Notes: generated by a model from the sequence alone, not told the origin. A DNA stretch of 51,043 nucleotides from Chloroflexota bacterium (GCA_051006215.1 JBPCIO010000364.1:1-51043), one strand, 5' to 3'; shown: positions 37,597-48,120, counted from the first letter of the stretch. A program made the numbers and translations.

Positions 37597-39018
37597 ATGG
37601 GCGTTTCCGTCTCGATGAGTGACCCCGCTCCGGGCCGCTCGCACCCGCCGGTATTTGCCGTCGTCGCCTTTTGGGCATTCGTCCTCGGCGGTGCCGCGTT
37701 CGGCGTCGTATTTCTCGCCAATTGGCGTGCGCTCGGCACACGCTCGAGCAGCCTGCCGGAGGGGGCCCCGAGCGTCGTGCTGGTCGGTGCTGGACCGGTC
37801 AGCATGTCGGTGCCTGTGCCGGTCAGCAAGCCAGGCCCGATCAGCAACCCGGTCAACCCGCCACAGGTCACCAGCGGCATCGCCGCCGTCGTCCAGAACG
37901 TCCTGCCGGATTGGCAGGGCACTGACCGCATCAACATTTTGCTGCTGGGTATCGACAAGCGTGACGATGAGCCCATCGCCGGTACCCGCTCCGACACGAT
38001 GATGCTGGCCAGTATTGATCCGGTCACCAAGTCGGCCGCGCTCGTGTCGCTCCCGCGCGACATGTGGGTCAATATTCCGGGCTGCACGTATAGCCAGGGC
38101 TGCTCGGGTGGCCAGCAACGCATCAACGCCGCCCACGCTGTGGGCGGGCCGGACCTGGCTCGGCAAACCGTTATCGCAGATTTTGGCGTGCCGATCCAGT
38201 TCTACGCGCGCGTGGATTTCCGCGGGTTCGAGCAACTCATCGATACCGCGGGTGGCGTGGTCATCGACGTCGACTGGCCGGTCAAGGACGACGAGTACCC
38301 AACCGAGGACTACGGCTACCAACGCATCTATTTCGGGCCCGGCCCACAACTGATGGATGGCCGAACTGCTCTGCAGTACGCGCGGTCCCGGCATGGCATG
38401 AGCGACTTTGCTCGCGCGGGCCGGCAGCAGAAGGTGATCGTCGGTCTGCGGGCTCGAGCGCTGCAGCTCAACATGCTGTCCAAGGCGCCAGAGTTACTGA
38501 GCATCGTTCAGAACTCGCTGACCACCGATTTGACACCCGTCCAGATGCTGGCCCTGAGCAAGCTCATCTCACACATCGATCGCAACAAGATCACTAGCGT
38601 CGTCATCGACGCGAACTACGTCACGCCGTTCAAGGGCTCGGACGGCGCCGACCTGCTGCAGCCGAACTTTGCGGCCATTCGGCGGGCGATCGACACCGCG
38701 CAGCGCACCTCTGCGCACCCGGAGCTGCAATCCAAGATTGAGGTGCTCAATGGCAGTGGCACAGTCGGCCTGGGGCAAAAGACGGCCGACTATCTCACGG
38801 CTCAGGGATTCAACGTGGTGCGCATCGCCGCCGCCGAACGTACTGACTACGCCTCATCCGTGGTGCAGATCCTGACTGAAGACAAGGGGGCTGCGCAGGC
38901 GCTGGCGACGACCTTGCGGGTACCCTCCACGGCGATTACCACGCAGCCGACGCCAAATGCCCCAGCCGATATCCGCATCGTCCTCGGCCAGGACTTTCGC
39001 ATTCCGCAAACATCCTGA
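37597..39018 (+). CDS. LCP (LytR-CpsA-Psr) protein with LytR C-terminal domain
   Basis: TM, NILLLGID, RSDT, SLPRD, YARSR...SDFAR and VLNG...DIRIVLG. TATAAT at 37576. Confidence 0.92.
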   Translation: MGVSVSMSDPAPGRSHPPVFAVVAFWAFVLGGAAFGVVFLANWRALGTRSSSLPEGAPSVVLVGAGPVSMSVPVPVSKPGPISNPVNPPQVTSGIAAVVQNVLPDWQGTDRINILLLGIDKRDDEPIAGTRSDTMMLASIDPVTKSAALVSLPRDMWVNIPGCTYSQGCSGGQQRINAAHAVGGPDLARQTVIADFGVPIQFYARVDFRGFEQLIDTAGGVVIDVDWPVKDDEYPTEDYGYQRIYFGPGPQLMDGRTALQYARSRHGMSDFARAGRQQKVIVGLRARALQLNMLSKAPELLSIVQNSLTTDLTPVQMLALSKLISHIDRNKITSVVIDANYVTPFKGSDGADLLQPNFAAIRRAIDTAQRTSAHPELQSKIEVLNGSGTVGLGQKTADYLTAQGFNVVRIAAAERTDYASSVVQILTEDKGAAQALATTLRVPSTAITTQPTPNAPADIRIVLGQDFRIPQTS

Positions 39019-39041
39019 ACTCGAAACTCGTAGAGCCGCCT

Positions 39042-39266
39042 TCACCAGCCGGTAAGTTGGGCGACGAGTGGGTGATGGCGATTGAGACGGCACAGGGTTA
39101 CCGGCGTGCCATCCAGGCGGGTGCGGTAGTCCACCAGCAGGAGACCTCTGGCGATAGGGTCCGAGACCTGGTGACCCGCTGCGGCCTCGACCTGGGCAAG
39201 GGTGACGTAGCCATCGGCTGAGTCTTCGAGGCCGTCCACCAGGTGGACCAGATGAGCGTCGTTCAC
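39042..39266 (-). CDS. 74-aa hypothetical protein, possibly a reduced winged-helix
   Basis: GTGA overlap with the upstream gene's stop. C-terminus reads GLLLV...CRLNRHHP. Confidence 0.6.
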   Translation of the reverse strand: MNDAHLVHLVDGLEDSADGYVTLAQVEAAAGHQVSDPIARGLLLVDYRTRLDGTPVTLCRLNRHHPLVAQLTGW

Positions 39267-40174
39267 GCCGCCAGGCGCAGCACACCCGCCAGCAGGACGA
39301 GCAGGACGATCGCGCCGCCGATCCACAGCAGGCGAGAAAGCACGCGCTCGCGCGGGTGCACGCATGCCCCTAGCACCCAGTTGACCAGGAGACAGCTCAA
39401 GCCGAGCAGGGGCAGCCGCAGGAGGTCAGACTTGGGCGCAAGGTCGTTGGGTCGACCGCTAGCCTCGAAATGCAGCGCGACCTGATCTGGCAGGCCGTCG
39501 AATCGGAACACGATGGTTGCGAGCACGAGCAGGAGCAGGAGTGCGCCAACCCCGGCGGCAACGGGCAGCCAGGGATCGGCGAGGGCACTCCAGGGCGCGG
39601 TAGCAGGTGGGCTCGGCTGCCAGCCGCCTGGATCGGCGTCGGGCTCCTGACTCGCTTCCACCCGCTCGATTAGCGCGGCACGAAACTCCGCCGGGCGGCG
39701 CGCCGAGACGACTACCCCGCCCTGTTCCACGGTGATCAGGGTGAGCAGCGACTGATCGGACGAGGTCGCAAAAAACCGTACCCGACCCAGGCCCCGAACA
39801 CGCGCCGCCCCCACCCGGATGCCTGGCCAGTTCGGGATGCTCGGGGTGGCGTGTCCTGATAGTCGCTGGCCGGTATAGATGCCCTGAATAACGTTGTACG
39901 GCACGACCTCTGTATTCTCCAGCCACACGATGTGGAGCGCGGTATCCGTGAGCGCGAAGGCCAGCCGTCGGTACGCCAATCCGAGGACGAGCAGCACACA
40001 CCCGGCTCCAGCCAGAATGACCGCGAGCGCGCACAGCAGCAGCAGACTGACACCGGGCTCACGCGAGCCGCCAACCAACACGGCGACAAGCGCGAGACAA
40101 AGCAGCCCGCTCGCAACCCACACTGCGGCGTCGCCTCCGACTGAGCGTTGTGCCGGCCAGATCTTCGCAGCCAC
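39263..40174 (-). CDS. Membrane protein with bacterial PH domain and DUF1648-like domain
   Basis: Two TMs, a PH-like core ending VSARRPAEF, then LPDQVALHFEASGRPN and two TMs. Confidence 0.75.
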   Translation of the reverse strand: MAAKIWPAQRSVGGDAAVWVASGLLCLALVAVLVGGSREPGVSLLLLCALAVILAGAGCVLLVLGLAYRRLAFALTDTALHIVWLENTEVVPYNVIQGIYTGQRLSGHATPSIPNWPGIRVGAARVRGLGRVRFFATSSDQSLLTLITVEQGGVVVSARRPAEFRAALIERVEASQEPDADPGGWQPSPPATAPWSALADPWLPVAAGVGALLLLLVLATIVFRFDGLPDQVALHFEASGRPNDLAPKSDLLRLPLLGLSCLLVNWVLGACVHPRERVLSRLLWIGGAIVLLVLLAGVLRLAA

Positions 40175-40266
40175 ACACTAACGGTAACTGTCCTGCACGG
40201 GACTCGCCCGTGTCGCTTCGCAGCGGCCGCGGATCGAGTACCGTGTGGCGTCCGCCCCAGCACAGC

Positions 40267-41394
40267 ATGCGAATCGCCCTGAACGCCCAACTCCTGTCGT
40301 CGGCCAAGAACTACCGCAGCGGCGGCATCAGCCGGGTCATTTACCACCTTCTGGCAGAGCTCGCCCGAGACCCACGCGGACACACCTACGACGTGTTCGC
40401 GCCCGCGGCGACGTAAGGATTTCCCGACGCAGCGGGGGCTCTTCGATTTCACCCCAGCGGTGAGCTCACGTTGCGGCCAACGCTCCGCATTGCCTGGGAA
40501 CAGGCGCTTTTGCCACGCCGGCTGGCGGCGCTCAAGCCTGACCTGTTGCACGGCCTGGCGTACGCTTTACCAGCAGCGTGGTCAGGTCCAGGTGTCGTGA
40601 CAGTCTACGATCTGAGCTTCCTGCACTTCCCAAGCGCCTTCAAAATCGTCAACCGCTTGTACCTGGCTGCCACCACGCGCGCAGCCGTTCGGCGAGCAAG
40701 TCGCATTCTGACCATTTCCGAACACGCTCGACGTGATATCGTGCGCCTGCTGAGCGTGCCCGAGCAGCTTGTGGACCTGGCCTACCCTGCAGCCGAGGAG
40801 CGCTTTCGTCCGCTGCCAGCTACCGAAGTCGAGGCCTTTCGTCTGGACCGCGGCTTGCCAGAAGCGTTCGTGTTTGCCGTCGGCACGCTCGAGCCGCGCA
40901 AGAACCTGGTCGGATTGCTGCATGCGTGTGCGCGACTGAGCACTCCCCGGCCGCCGCTGTATGTGGCGGGTGGGACTGGTTGGCGGTTCAGTCCCATATT
41001 CGACACAGTTCAGCGGCTTCACCTGTCCGAAGACGTGCATTTCCTGGGCTTCGTCCCGGAAGATGAATTACCCCTTTGGTACAATGCCGCCCGGCTGTTC
41101 ACGTTCCCCAGCCTGTACGAAGGTTTCGGCCTGCCCGTACTCGAAGCCATGGCCTGCGGCACTCCGGTGATCACCTCCACCGCGGCTTCACTCCCAGAAG
41201 TAGCAGGCAAGGCGGCTCTGATGGTCCCAGCTCGAGATAGTGTTCTCCTCGCGCGAGAGATGGAGCGCGTCCTCGGTGACCCCCAGCTTCAAAGGGAGAT
41301 GCGCGCGGCTGGTCGTATCCAGGCCAGCCGCTTCAGATGGCGGGCGATGGCTGACCAAACCGTGGCGAGCTATGCCCTGGCGACTGGACGCTAG
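40267..41394 (+). pseudogene. GT4 glycosyltransferase interrupted by an in-frame TAA at 40414-40416
   Basis: The MRIALNA..GISR N-terminus is in the same frame as GTLEPRKN and EGFGLPVLEAM, with one internal stop. Confidence 0.8.
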
Positions 41395-42932
41395 TGGCCA
41401 CTTCGCGCTCGCCCCAGTCCACCCGACCCACACGCCCTGAGCGCGTTTCGGCAAATCTGAGCTCGTCGGCTGTCAAACGCCACGACGCGCTGGGGGGAAT
41501 ACAGCCGGCATTTGTCGCGTCACCCCACGCGCTCGAACGCCTGGTGTTGGTGGCCATCGACGTCGGCGCCGTCAACCTGGCGTTTTACCTGGCCTGGTTC
41601 GCCCGCTACCGGCTCGGACTGGTGGTCGACCTCGATCCTGGCAATTATGTCGAGCATGAGGTCTATCTGCCGCTCCAGATCGCCCTGTCCCTGACGTTCG
41701 CGTGCAGCATTGGGCTGCGCGGGCTGTACCGTCTTCCACGCGCCGCGAGTGCCTTCGACGATCTATCGACGATCTTCACCGCGTCAGGACTGTCGGTCAT
41801 GCTTTTGTTCGCCGGTTCGACGTTTGTGCGCTACCCGGCCGAATCGCGCCTGACGCTGATTTTCGCCTGGATACTGATGACCGTACTGGTGGTGGTCGGG
41901 CGAGCCGTGTGTCTGTGGATTCTTGGAGTGTTGCACCAGCGCGGAATAGGAGTAGCGCGGACGCTGGTCGTCGGCGACAACACCGTTGGTCGGATGATCA
42001 TGCAGGCCCTGGCTGGGCGCCCGCATCTGGGCTACCAGGTGGCAGGTTTTCTCTCGACTGACGGCGATGGCGACTTCGGTCGCTTCCATCGGCTGGGTAC
42101 CCCCGACGAACTGGAGCGCGTCATCCACCAGGAGCGAATCGCCCAGGTCGTGATTGCGCTGCCGAGCGCTTCGCACGAGGCCATCATGCGCATCGTGACG
42201 CACTGTCGGCGGGACGGCGTCCAATTCCGGCTAGTGCCCGATCTGTACGAGGTGAGCCTTGGCCGCCTGGACATCGACACGGTCAACGGCATTCCCCTGA
42301 TGGGGATGAAGGATCACGCCATTCTCGGGGTGAATTTCATCACCAAGCGGGTCATCGACATCGCCGTGTCTGTGACCATCCTGGTTTTGTTCGCCTGGTT
42401 TTTCGTGCCGCTTCTGTTGCTCATCTGGTTCGAAGACCCGGGCGCCTCACCTTTGTACGGCCAGGTCCGGGTTGGCCGCGGCGGACGTGAATTCAAGATG
42501 CGCAAATTCCGCTCGATGAGGCAAGGCGCCGACCAGCAACTGGCCCAGCTCCTCGAGTACAACGAGGCCGAAGGGCCAATATTCAAAATGCGTGAGGATC
42601 CTCGTCGAACACGGGTTGGAGCCTTCATGCGACGCTGGAGCATCGACGAGCTGCCGCAGTTGTGGAACGTGGTGACGGGTGAGATGAGTCTGGTCGGGCC
42701 GCGTCCGGCTGTGCCACGCGAGGTGGCCTTGTATGAGGAATGGCAGCTCCATCGACTCGAAACGCTGCCGGGCATCACCGGTCTGTGGCAGGTGAGTGGT
42801 CGCAGCGAGCTGGGTTTCTCGGAGCAGGTCCTGATGGACATCATGTACATCGAGAACTGGTCGCTGGGGATGGACTTGCGGATCCTGTTGCGCACACTCC
42901 CCGCCGTGCTCAGCGGCAAGGGTGCGTTTTGA
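41394..42932 (+). CDS. Priming undecaprenyl-phosphate sugar phosphotransferase (WcaJ-like)
   Basis: KRVIDI, KFRSM, DPRRT, IDELPQL, MSLVGPRP and PGITGLWQ motifs. Confidence 0.93.
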   Translation: MATSRSPQSTRPTRPERVSANLSSSAVKRHDALGGIQPAFVASPHALERLVLVAIDVGAVNLAFYLAWFARYRLGLVVDLDPGNYVEHEVYLPLQIALSLTFACSIGLRGLYRLPRAASAFDDLSTIFTASGLSVMLLFAGSTFVRYPAESRLTLIFAWILMTVLVVVGRAVCLWILGVLHQRGIGVARTLVVGDNTVGRMIMQALAGRPHLGYQVAGFLSTDGDGDFGRFHRLGTPDELERVIHQERIAQVVIALPSASHEAIMRIVTHCRRDGVQFRLVPDLYEVSLGRLDIDTVNGIPLMGMKDHAILGVNFITKRVIDIAVSVTILVLFAWFFVPLLLLIWFEDPGASPLYGQVRVGRGGREFKMRKFRSMRQGADQQLAQLLEYNEAEGPIFKMREDPRRTRVGAFMRRWSIDELPQLWNVVTGEMSLVGPRPAVPREVALYEEWQLHRLETLPGITGLWQVSGRSELGFSEQVLMDIMYIENWSLGMDLRILLRTLPAVLSGKGAF

Positions 42933-44047
42933 CCCTGAGGGTCGCGCTCGTTCATGACTATTTGAATCAGTACGGCGGCGCAGAGCGCGTTCTCGAAGAA
43001 CTCCACACGTTGTTTCCCAGCGCACCCGTGTATACGTCGATGTACTGGCGGGAAAAGATGTCGCCTGCCATTCGCGAGCTCGACATCCGCACCTCATTCA
43101 TGCAACGTTTGCCGCTGGTCACCCGCAACCATCAGCCCTTCTTGCTGCTCTACCCTCTCGCCTTCGAGACCTTCGACCTGAGCGGGTTCGACGTGGTCAT
43201 CTCGAACAGCTCGGCGTTCTGTAAGGGCGTGGTCACGACCCCTGCCACGCTGCACATCTGCTACTGCTTGACGCCCATGCGCTGGGTCTGGAACTACCAC
43301 GCCTACGTTGAACGCGAACGGCTCGGCCCAGCGGCGCGAATCGTGCTGCCGGCTGCCATCAGCCAGTTGCGCTCGTGGGACGTAGCCACCGCGCAGAACG
43401 TGGATCGCTTCCTGGCTATCTCACAGTCTGTGGCCGCGCGCATTCGGAAGTACTACCGGCGCGACGCGAGCGTGATTTACCCGCCAGTGAACTGTGATGC
43501 GTTCGTGCACGCCTCGTCGGCGGTTGGCGACTATTACCTGGTCGCGGCGAGGCTGATCCCGTACAAACGGATCGACCTGGCGGTCGATGCGTTCACCAAA
43601 CTGGGCATCAAGCTCAAGATCTCTGGCAACGGGCGTGATCTTGGGTCTTTGCGGGCGCGGGCAGGCCGCAGCGTCGAATTCGTTGGACGTGTTTCCGATG
43701 CTGAGCTGAAGCAGCTGTATGCGGGATGCCGAGGCCTGGTATTCCCGGGTGAGGAAGACTTCGGGATCGCGCCGCTGGAAGCCAATGCCAGCGGTCGCCC
43801 GGTCATCGCCTACGCCGCCGGCGGGGCCCTGGATACGGTTGTGGATGGTCACACCGGAGTTCTGTTTCCCGAACAACAGGTCGAGAGCTTGATGGCCGCG
43901 GTTCGACGCGCCGAGGCGACGCCCTGGGACCCAGACGAGCTGCGCGCGCATGCGCGCAAGTTCGATCGACAGGTGTTTCGCCAGCGGCTGCAGCAGTTCG
44001 TGGGGGAGTCGATCGCCGCTCATGCGGCTGGCACGCGCTTCGCGTAG
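42929..44047 (+). CDS. GT4 glycosyltransferase (WbaZ-like)
   Basis: VALVHDYL...GGAERV, TPMRW and EEDFGIAPLEA motifs. TTGA overlap start. Confidence 0.9.
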   Translation: MTLRVALVHDYLNQYGGAERVLEELHTLFPSAPVYTSMYWREKMSPAIRELDIRTSFMQRLPLVTRNHQPFLLLYPLAFETFDLSGFDVVISNSSAFCKGVVTTPATLHICYCLTPMRWVWNYHAYVERERLGPAARIVLPAAISQLRSWDVATAQNVDRFLAISQSVAARIRKYYRRDASVIYPPVNCDAFVHASSAVGDYYLVAARLIPYKRIDLAVDAFTKLGIKLKISGNGRDLGSLRARAGRSVEFVGRVSDAELKQLYAGCRGLVFPGEEDFGIAPLEANASGRPVIAYAAGGALDTVVDGHTGVLFPEQQVESLMAAVRRAEATPWDPDELRAHARKFDRQVFRQRLQQFVGESIAAHAAGTRFA

Positions 44048-45704
44048 CACGCCGCTCACCGCATCAGCACCTCCGAGCGGGCGAACCCTCGGATTCCGCG
44101 AGCTGCAGCGTGTCTCGGCGGCGTCGGGTGCAGTGGCGCCCGCGACGGAGACAGCAGGCGGGCGAGCGCGGCGACCAACACTCTTCGGAAGCGTGGCCCT
44201 TGCGCTGGTGATTGCGACTGTCTTGACGCGGCTGCCGTTCATGACCCAGACGCTGTACGCCTTCGACTCAGCCAACTATGCCTTGGCTGTGAGCACCTTC
44301 TACAACGTTGCCTTCCATCAGCCGCACCCGCCCGGTTATCCCCTGTATGTCTTCTTCGGGCGGGCCATCGATCTGGTCGTGCACGACGCGAACCGATCGC
44401 TAGTACTCGAGGGCGTTCTCTGGAGCGCGCTGGCGACCGCCTGCACGATTGGCCTCGGACGAGCGCTATTTGGGCGCACTGTCGGGCTTCTGGCTGGGCT
44501 GCTCCTCGTATGCACGGTGGGCTTCTGGGGCTACGGCGAGGTGGCCTACCCGTATGTTGCGCTGGCCGGCGAGACGGCCACCTTGGCCTTCCTGGCCCAC
44601 GCGGTCATCACCGGACGCGCCCGGCTCATCCTAGTGCTGGGACTCGCCTGGGGCATTTCGGCCGGGGTGCGCTGGGATGCGGCGGTGTTCTGCGTTCCGC
44701 TGGGGATATGGGCCATGTGGACCGTCAACTGGCGACTGCGCCTGGCGTGTCTTGGTCTGGCGGCGGCGGTGGTTGGCGCCTGGGCCGTCCCCATGATTGT
44801 GCTGAGCGGCGGCTGGGACGTGTACCGCCAGGCGTTAGCCACATATCTGCAGGTGTGGTCGCCACAATCTGCATATGTGATCGGCGATTTCGCGTCCGGC
44901 GGCGAGACCCAGGCGAGTTACAACCTGAACTTTCTGGTGAATTACCTCCGCCAGATGCTCGGAATCGGCCTGGTGCTGGTGCTGTACCTGCTGGGTCGAC
45001 GTTTCGGGCCAGCCCGACTGGCATCCGACTATCGCAGCCGATTCCTGGGGATCTGGGTCGTGCCGCCAATAGGCGTGTACGTCTTTGCCCATCTGGGGGA
45101 GCCCGGCTACGTACTCTCACTAGCGCCCGCGGCAAGCATGCTCATCGCGCTCGCAATCGCCGACTTACGGGACGAGATCACCCAGCTGACGAGTATCCTG
45201 CGCGGCCGCGGCTTGCGTTGGCTGCCAACCCCCAGCCGTGTCGGCCTTGTCGCGGCTGGGCTGTTGAGCCTGGCGATCATCGGCTGGAACGTCCAGGCAT
45301 TCGCACGTGGCGTCGGGCCTGGGCGCTTACCCGACCTCCGTGCGCATGACGCAACCACCGGCGCTCAGGTCCAGTTCGTTCGCCAGCAACCCCCTGCGAC
45401 GACGCTGGTGCTGTCGCACGACATCTTCCGCCAGCTGCAGTTCTACGTGCCCGAGTACCGATCTGAGCTGCTTTTCAGCGAGTACGTACCAGATTTCCAA
45501 ACCGCGCGCATCCGTACCCAGCTGCCTGCGGGAACTGAGGAGCTAGTCGTGTTGGATTCGCCCCTCCCGTTGGGTGCGGAGGATGCTGGTGGTGCGCGCG
45601 AGGTCGTCCTGCGCGATCAGCCGCGCGTCAGCGTCTGGGTGGTGGACGCTCACGGCGCTGGGGCAGTGGAACACGGCTATCGGTACGTGCGGCTTGTCCC
45701 CTGA
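44022..45704 (+). CDS. GT-C-fold multi-TM glycosyltransferase-like protein (DUF2723/PMT-like)
   Basis: FDSANY...HQPHPPGYPLY after TM1 and many TMs. Start uncertain. Confidence 0.7.
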   Translation: MRLARASRSTPLTASAPPSGRTLGFRELQRVSAASGAVAPATETAGGRARRPTLFGSVALALVIATVLTRLPFMTQTLYAFDSANYALAVSTFYNVAFHQPHPPGYPLYVFFGRAIDLVVHDANRSLVLEGVLWSALATACTIGLGRALFGRTVGLLAGLLLVCTVGFWGYGEVAYPYVALAGETATLAFLAHAVITGRARLILVLGLAWGISAGVRWDAAVFCVPLGIWAMWTVNWRLRLACLGLAAAVVGAWAVPMIVLSGGWDVYRQALATYLQVWSPQSAYVIGDFASGGETQASYNLNFLVNYLRQMLGIGLVLVLYLLGRRFGPARLASDYRSRFLGIWVVPPIGVYVFAHLGEPGYVLSLAPAASMLIALAIADLRDEITQLTSILRGRGLRWLPTPSRVGLVAAGLLSLAIIGWNVQAFARGVGPGRLPDLRAHDATTGAQVQFVRQQPPATTLVLSHDIFRQLQFYVPEYRSELLFSEYVPDFQTARIRTQLPAGTEELVVLDSPLPLGAEDAGGAREVVLRDQPRVSVWVVDAHGAGAVEHGYRYVRLVP

Positions 45705-45744
45705 CAGCCTGGGATATAGTTCACGCCGATCGAGAGGGCAGGCC

Positions 45745-46461
45745 ATGGAGCTGCGCGAATACTGGAATATCGTTCGCTGCCGTTGGTGGCTCCCAGCTGC
45801 AATTACCCTGGTGGCCCTTATCGCGTCGACGGCTGTAGGGCTACGCGGAGCAACGGCCTACAAAACCGACATGCGCGTGGCGATAAGTACGATCCCGACC
45901 CCTGATCCCAACTCGGTACTGTACTACGACCCGATCTACTACTCGAACCTGGACTCAGAGTATCTGGCTGACGACATGAGCGAGCTGCTGACCAGCCGGG
46001 CGTTTGCCGACGACGTCAAGCGCGAACTGGCGACGAGCAGCACCCCATTCGACGTCGACCCAATAACCATCGTCAACGCAACGCGCACCAAGAAAACGCA
46101 TCGCTTCATCGACATCACCCTCACCACGTCCACCTTCGAAGAGGGAGACATGATCGCCGGATCGATCGGCCGCATCCTGGCGGACCCTGCACATCTGGCG
46201 ATCTATCTCAAGGCGCTCACCGCCTACAACACGCAGATGATCGTGGTCACGCCGCCCGCCACGCACCGAGCGAATACGCCAATTGGCTTGATCAGCGACA
46301 TCGCGCTGCGCACGCTGATCGGACTGCTGGTGGGTATTGGTCTGGTGTTTCTGTTCGATTACGTCGACCCGAGCATTCGCTCGCGCCAAGAGGCCGAGGC
46401 TGTACTCCGCATGCAGGTCCTGGGCGAGATTCCGCGTACGCGGCGTGGGGTGGTGGCCTGA
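45745..46461 (+). CDS. Wzz/YveK (CapA-like) polysaccharide co-polymerase 1
   Basis: MELREYW..RWW, two TMs and DPSIRS....L...VLGEIP. GAGAGG SD. Confidence 0.85.
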   Translation: MELREYWNIVRCRWWLPAAITLVALIASTAVGLRGATAYKTDMRVAISTIPTPDPNSVLYYDPIYYSNLDSEYLADDMSELLTSRAFADDVKRELATSSTPFDVDPITIVNATRTKKTHRFIDITLTTSTFEEGDMIAGSIGRILADPAHLAIYLKALTAYNTQMIVVTPPATHRANTPIGLISDIALRTLIGLLVGIGLVFLFDYVDPSIRSRQEAEAVLRMQVLGEIPRTRRGVVA

Positions 46462-46521
46462 TTCGAGACCGGACAACGCAGTGAACGCAGCAATCGAGGG
46501 ACGTCGCTTGAGGTTGTCGGC

Positions 46522-47277
46522 GTGACACCTGGGGAGGCGCTGCGGACGCTGCGCGACCGCTGGCGGATCGTGCTGGCCGCGGGCGTCTTGGCCGCCGCGG
46601 CGGCCTACGCGTATACCCGCATGCCGTGGGTGGAACAGCGCTGGCGGTCATCGGTCCTCATCCAGGCCACCGGTCGCCTCGACTATGGCAACTTCCTGGC
46701 CCTGGAAAAAGAGTTGCGGCCGCTGGCGGAACAAGTCCGCCAGTTGAGCGTTATGCGGGATGTCAACACCAACCTGCACACGGACCTCCCCCCGGAGCTG
46801 ATGCTGGATCGAACCCGCGCCGAGCCGATCACCGACAGCGGACAGATCCGCCTGGATGTCGAAGATGCTGACCCGAATCGAGCCGAGCAGGTGAGTCTCG
46901 AAATTGCGAATGTATACACTCGCCAGCACAACGCTGCCGAGCAGGGCAAACTGCGCGAGGAACGCATCGTCCTCTCGACCCTGGATCGTCAGAATCAGGC
47001 TGTGTTGATCTGGCCGCAGACACGTGTGTTGGTCGCGGCGGCAGCGCTGCTCGGCGTCGTGGTGGCTGGATTGGCGATTCTGGGCGTGGACTACCTGGAC
47101 GATTCCATCCGTTCACCCGCGGACGTTCAGGCGTCCCTCCAGTTGCCTGTGCTGGGCAGCATCCCACGCCACCGGCTATCGTCTGTCGATAGCTCAGGCC
47201 GTTTCGGGCGATGGTCCGGGCCAGCCATGAAGCAGAGTGCGGACGCTGACGTGCCGACGACCGCCGTGGGATTATGA
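46522..47277 (+). CDS. Wzz/YveK (CapA-like) polysaccharide co-polymerase 2
   Basis: LRDRW, two TMs and YLDDSIRS...LQLPVLGSIP. Confidence 0.85.
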   Translation: MTPGEALRTLRDRWRIVLAAGVLAAAAAYAYTRMPWVEQRWRSSVLIQATGRLDYGNFLALEKELRPLAEQVRQLSVMRDVNTNLHTDLPPELMLDRTRAEPITDSGQIRLDVEDADPNRAEQVSLEIANVYTRQHNAAEQGKLREERIVLSTLDRQNQAVLIWPQTRVLVAAAALLGVVVAGLAILGVDYLDDSIRSPADVQASLQLPVLGSIPRHRLSSVDSSGRFGRWSGPAMKQSADADVPTTAVGL

Positions 47278-47355
47278 GTTTCATTTCGGCGCTACCACTA
47301 AGGCGCTCGGGCGTACGGGATGCCGATATTCAGCGGAAGGATTACTACACAGGTT

Positions 47356-48087
47356 ATGAGTCAACCGCCGACCTCGCCTGAAGGTCCAACCTCGCTCGCG
47401 ACGGTCTCGCGCAACGGCCGCACTCTGGCGCCCGTCACCTCGGGCGGGGGGCTGATCATGCTGGCCGATCCTCATTCGCCGGCTGCCGAGGCCTACCGCA
47501 GCCTGGCCGCCACCCTTCAATTCGCGTACGCGGACCGCCAGTTGCAGACGGTTGGCCTCACCAGCGCTGCCGCTGGCGAAGGCAAGTCGAACACGACAGC
47601 CAACCTGGCGATTGCCCTGGCCGAAGGCGGCCGTCGCGTCATCGTAGTCGATGCGGATTTGCGACGCCCCGGCCAGCACGCGCTATTTGGCCTCGATCGC
47701 AAGGACGGCCTCGCCAACGTGCTGTTGGGAGATCCGCCGCAACTGCCGTTGCAGGACACGCAGATGCCCGGCTTGCGCGTTCTGACCAGTGGCCCAACGC
47801 CCGCGAATCCACTCGAAGCGCTTGCCTCTCGGCGCTTTGACCACGTGTTGGCGCTGGCCCGCGCCCAGGCCGACTTCGTCCTGGTGGATACCCCCCCAGC
47901 GGGCGCATTGGCCGATGCCGCGGTGCTTGCGCCCCGCCTCGACGGCATATTGCTGGTGGTGAGCGCTGGACGTACAAAGCGTGAGCTCGCGCGCAGAGCA
48001 CGCGAGCAGCTCGAGCGAGTCAACGCCAATATATTGGGGGTTGTCCTCACCGACGTGCGCCGAGACGACAAGCTTTACAAGTATTAG
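47356..48087 (+). CDS. CpsD/CapB BY-kinase (tyrosine-protein kinase)
   Basis: EAYRSL, GEGKS Walker A, DADLRRP, DTPP and C-terminal LYKY. Start uncertain. Confidence 0.9.
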   Translation: MSQPPTSPEGPTSLATVSRNGRTLAPVTSGGGLIMLADPHSPAAEAYRSLAATLQFAYADRQLQTVGLTSAAAGEGKSNTTANLAIALAEGGRRVIVVDADLRRPGQHALFGLDRKDGLANVLLGDPPQLPLQDTQMPGLRVLTSGPTPANPLEALASRRFDHVLALARAQADFVLVDTPPAGALADAAVLAPRLDGILLVVSAGRTKRELARRAREQLERVNANILGVVLTDVRRDDKLYKY

Positions 48088-48120
48088 CTATCAGCCGATA
48101 GCGGAGGAACGCAAGACCAC

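Noticed and set aside
40414-40416. Programmed recoding (Sec/Pyl read-through) at the internal stop
   Set aside because: The codon is TAA, not TGA or TAG, it is not at a catalytic site, and I saw no recoding signal.
46481-46525. 14-aa ORF ending in the wzz2 GTG start
   Set aside because: The overlap is one-sided and wzz2 has its own GAGG SD, so it is too weak to count as a bridging ORF.
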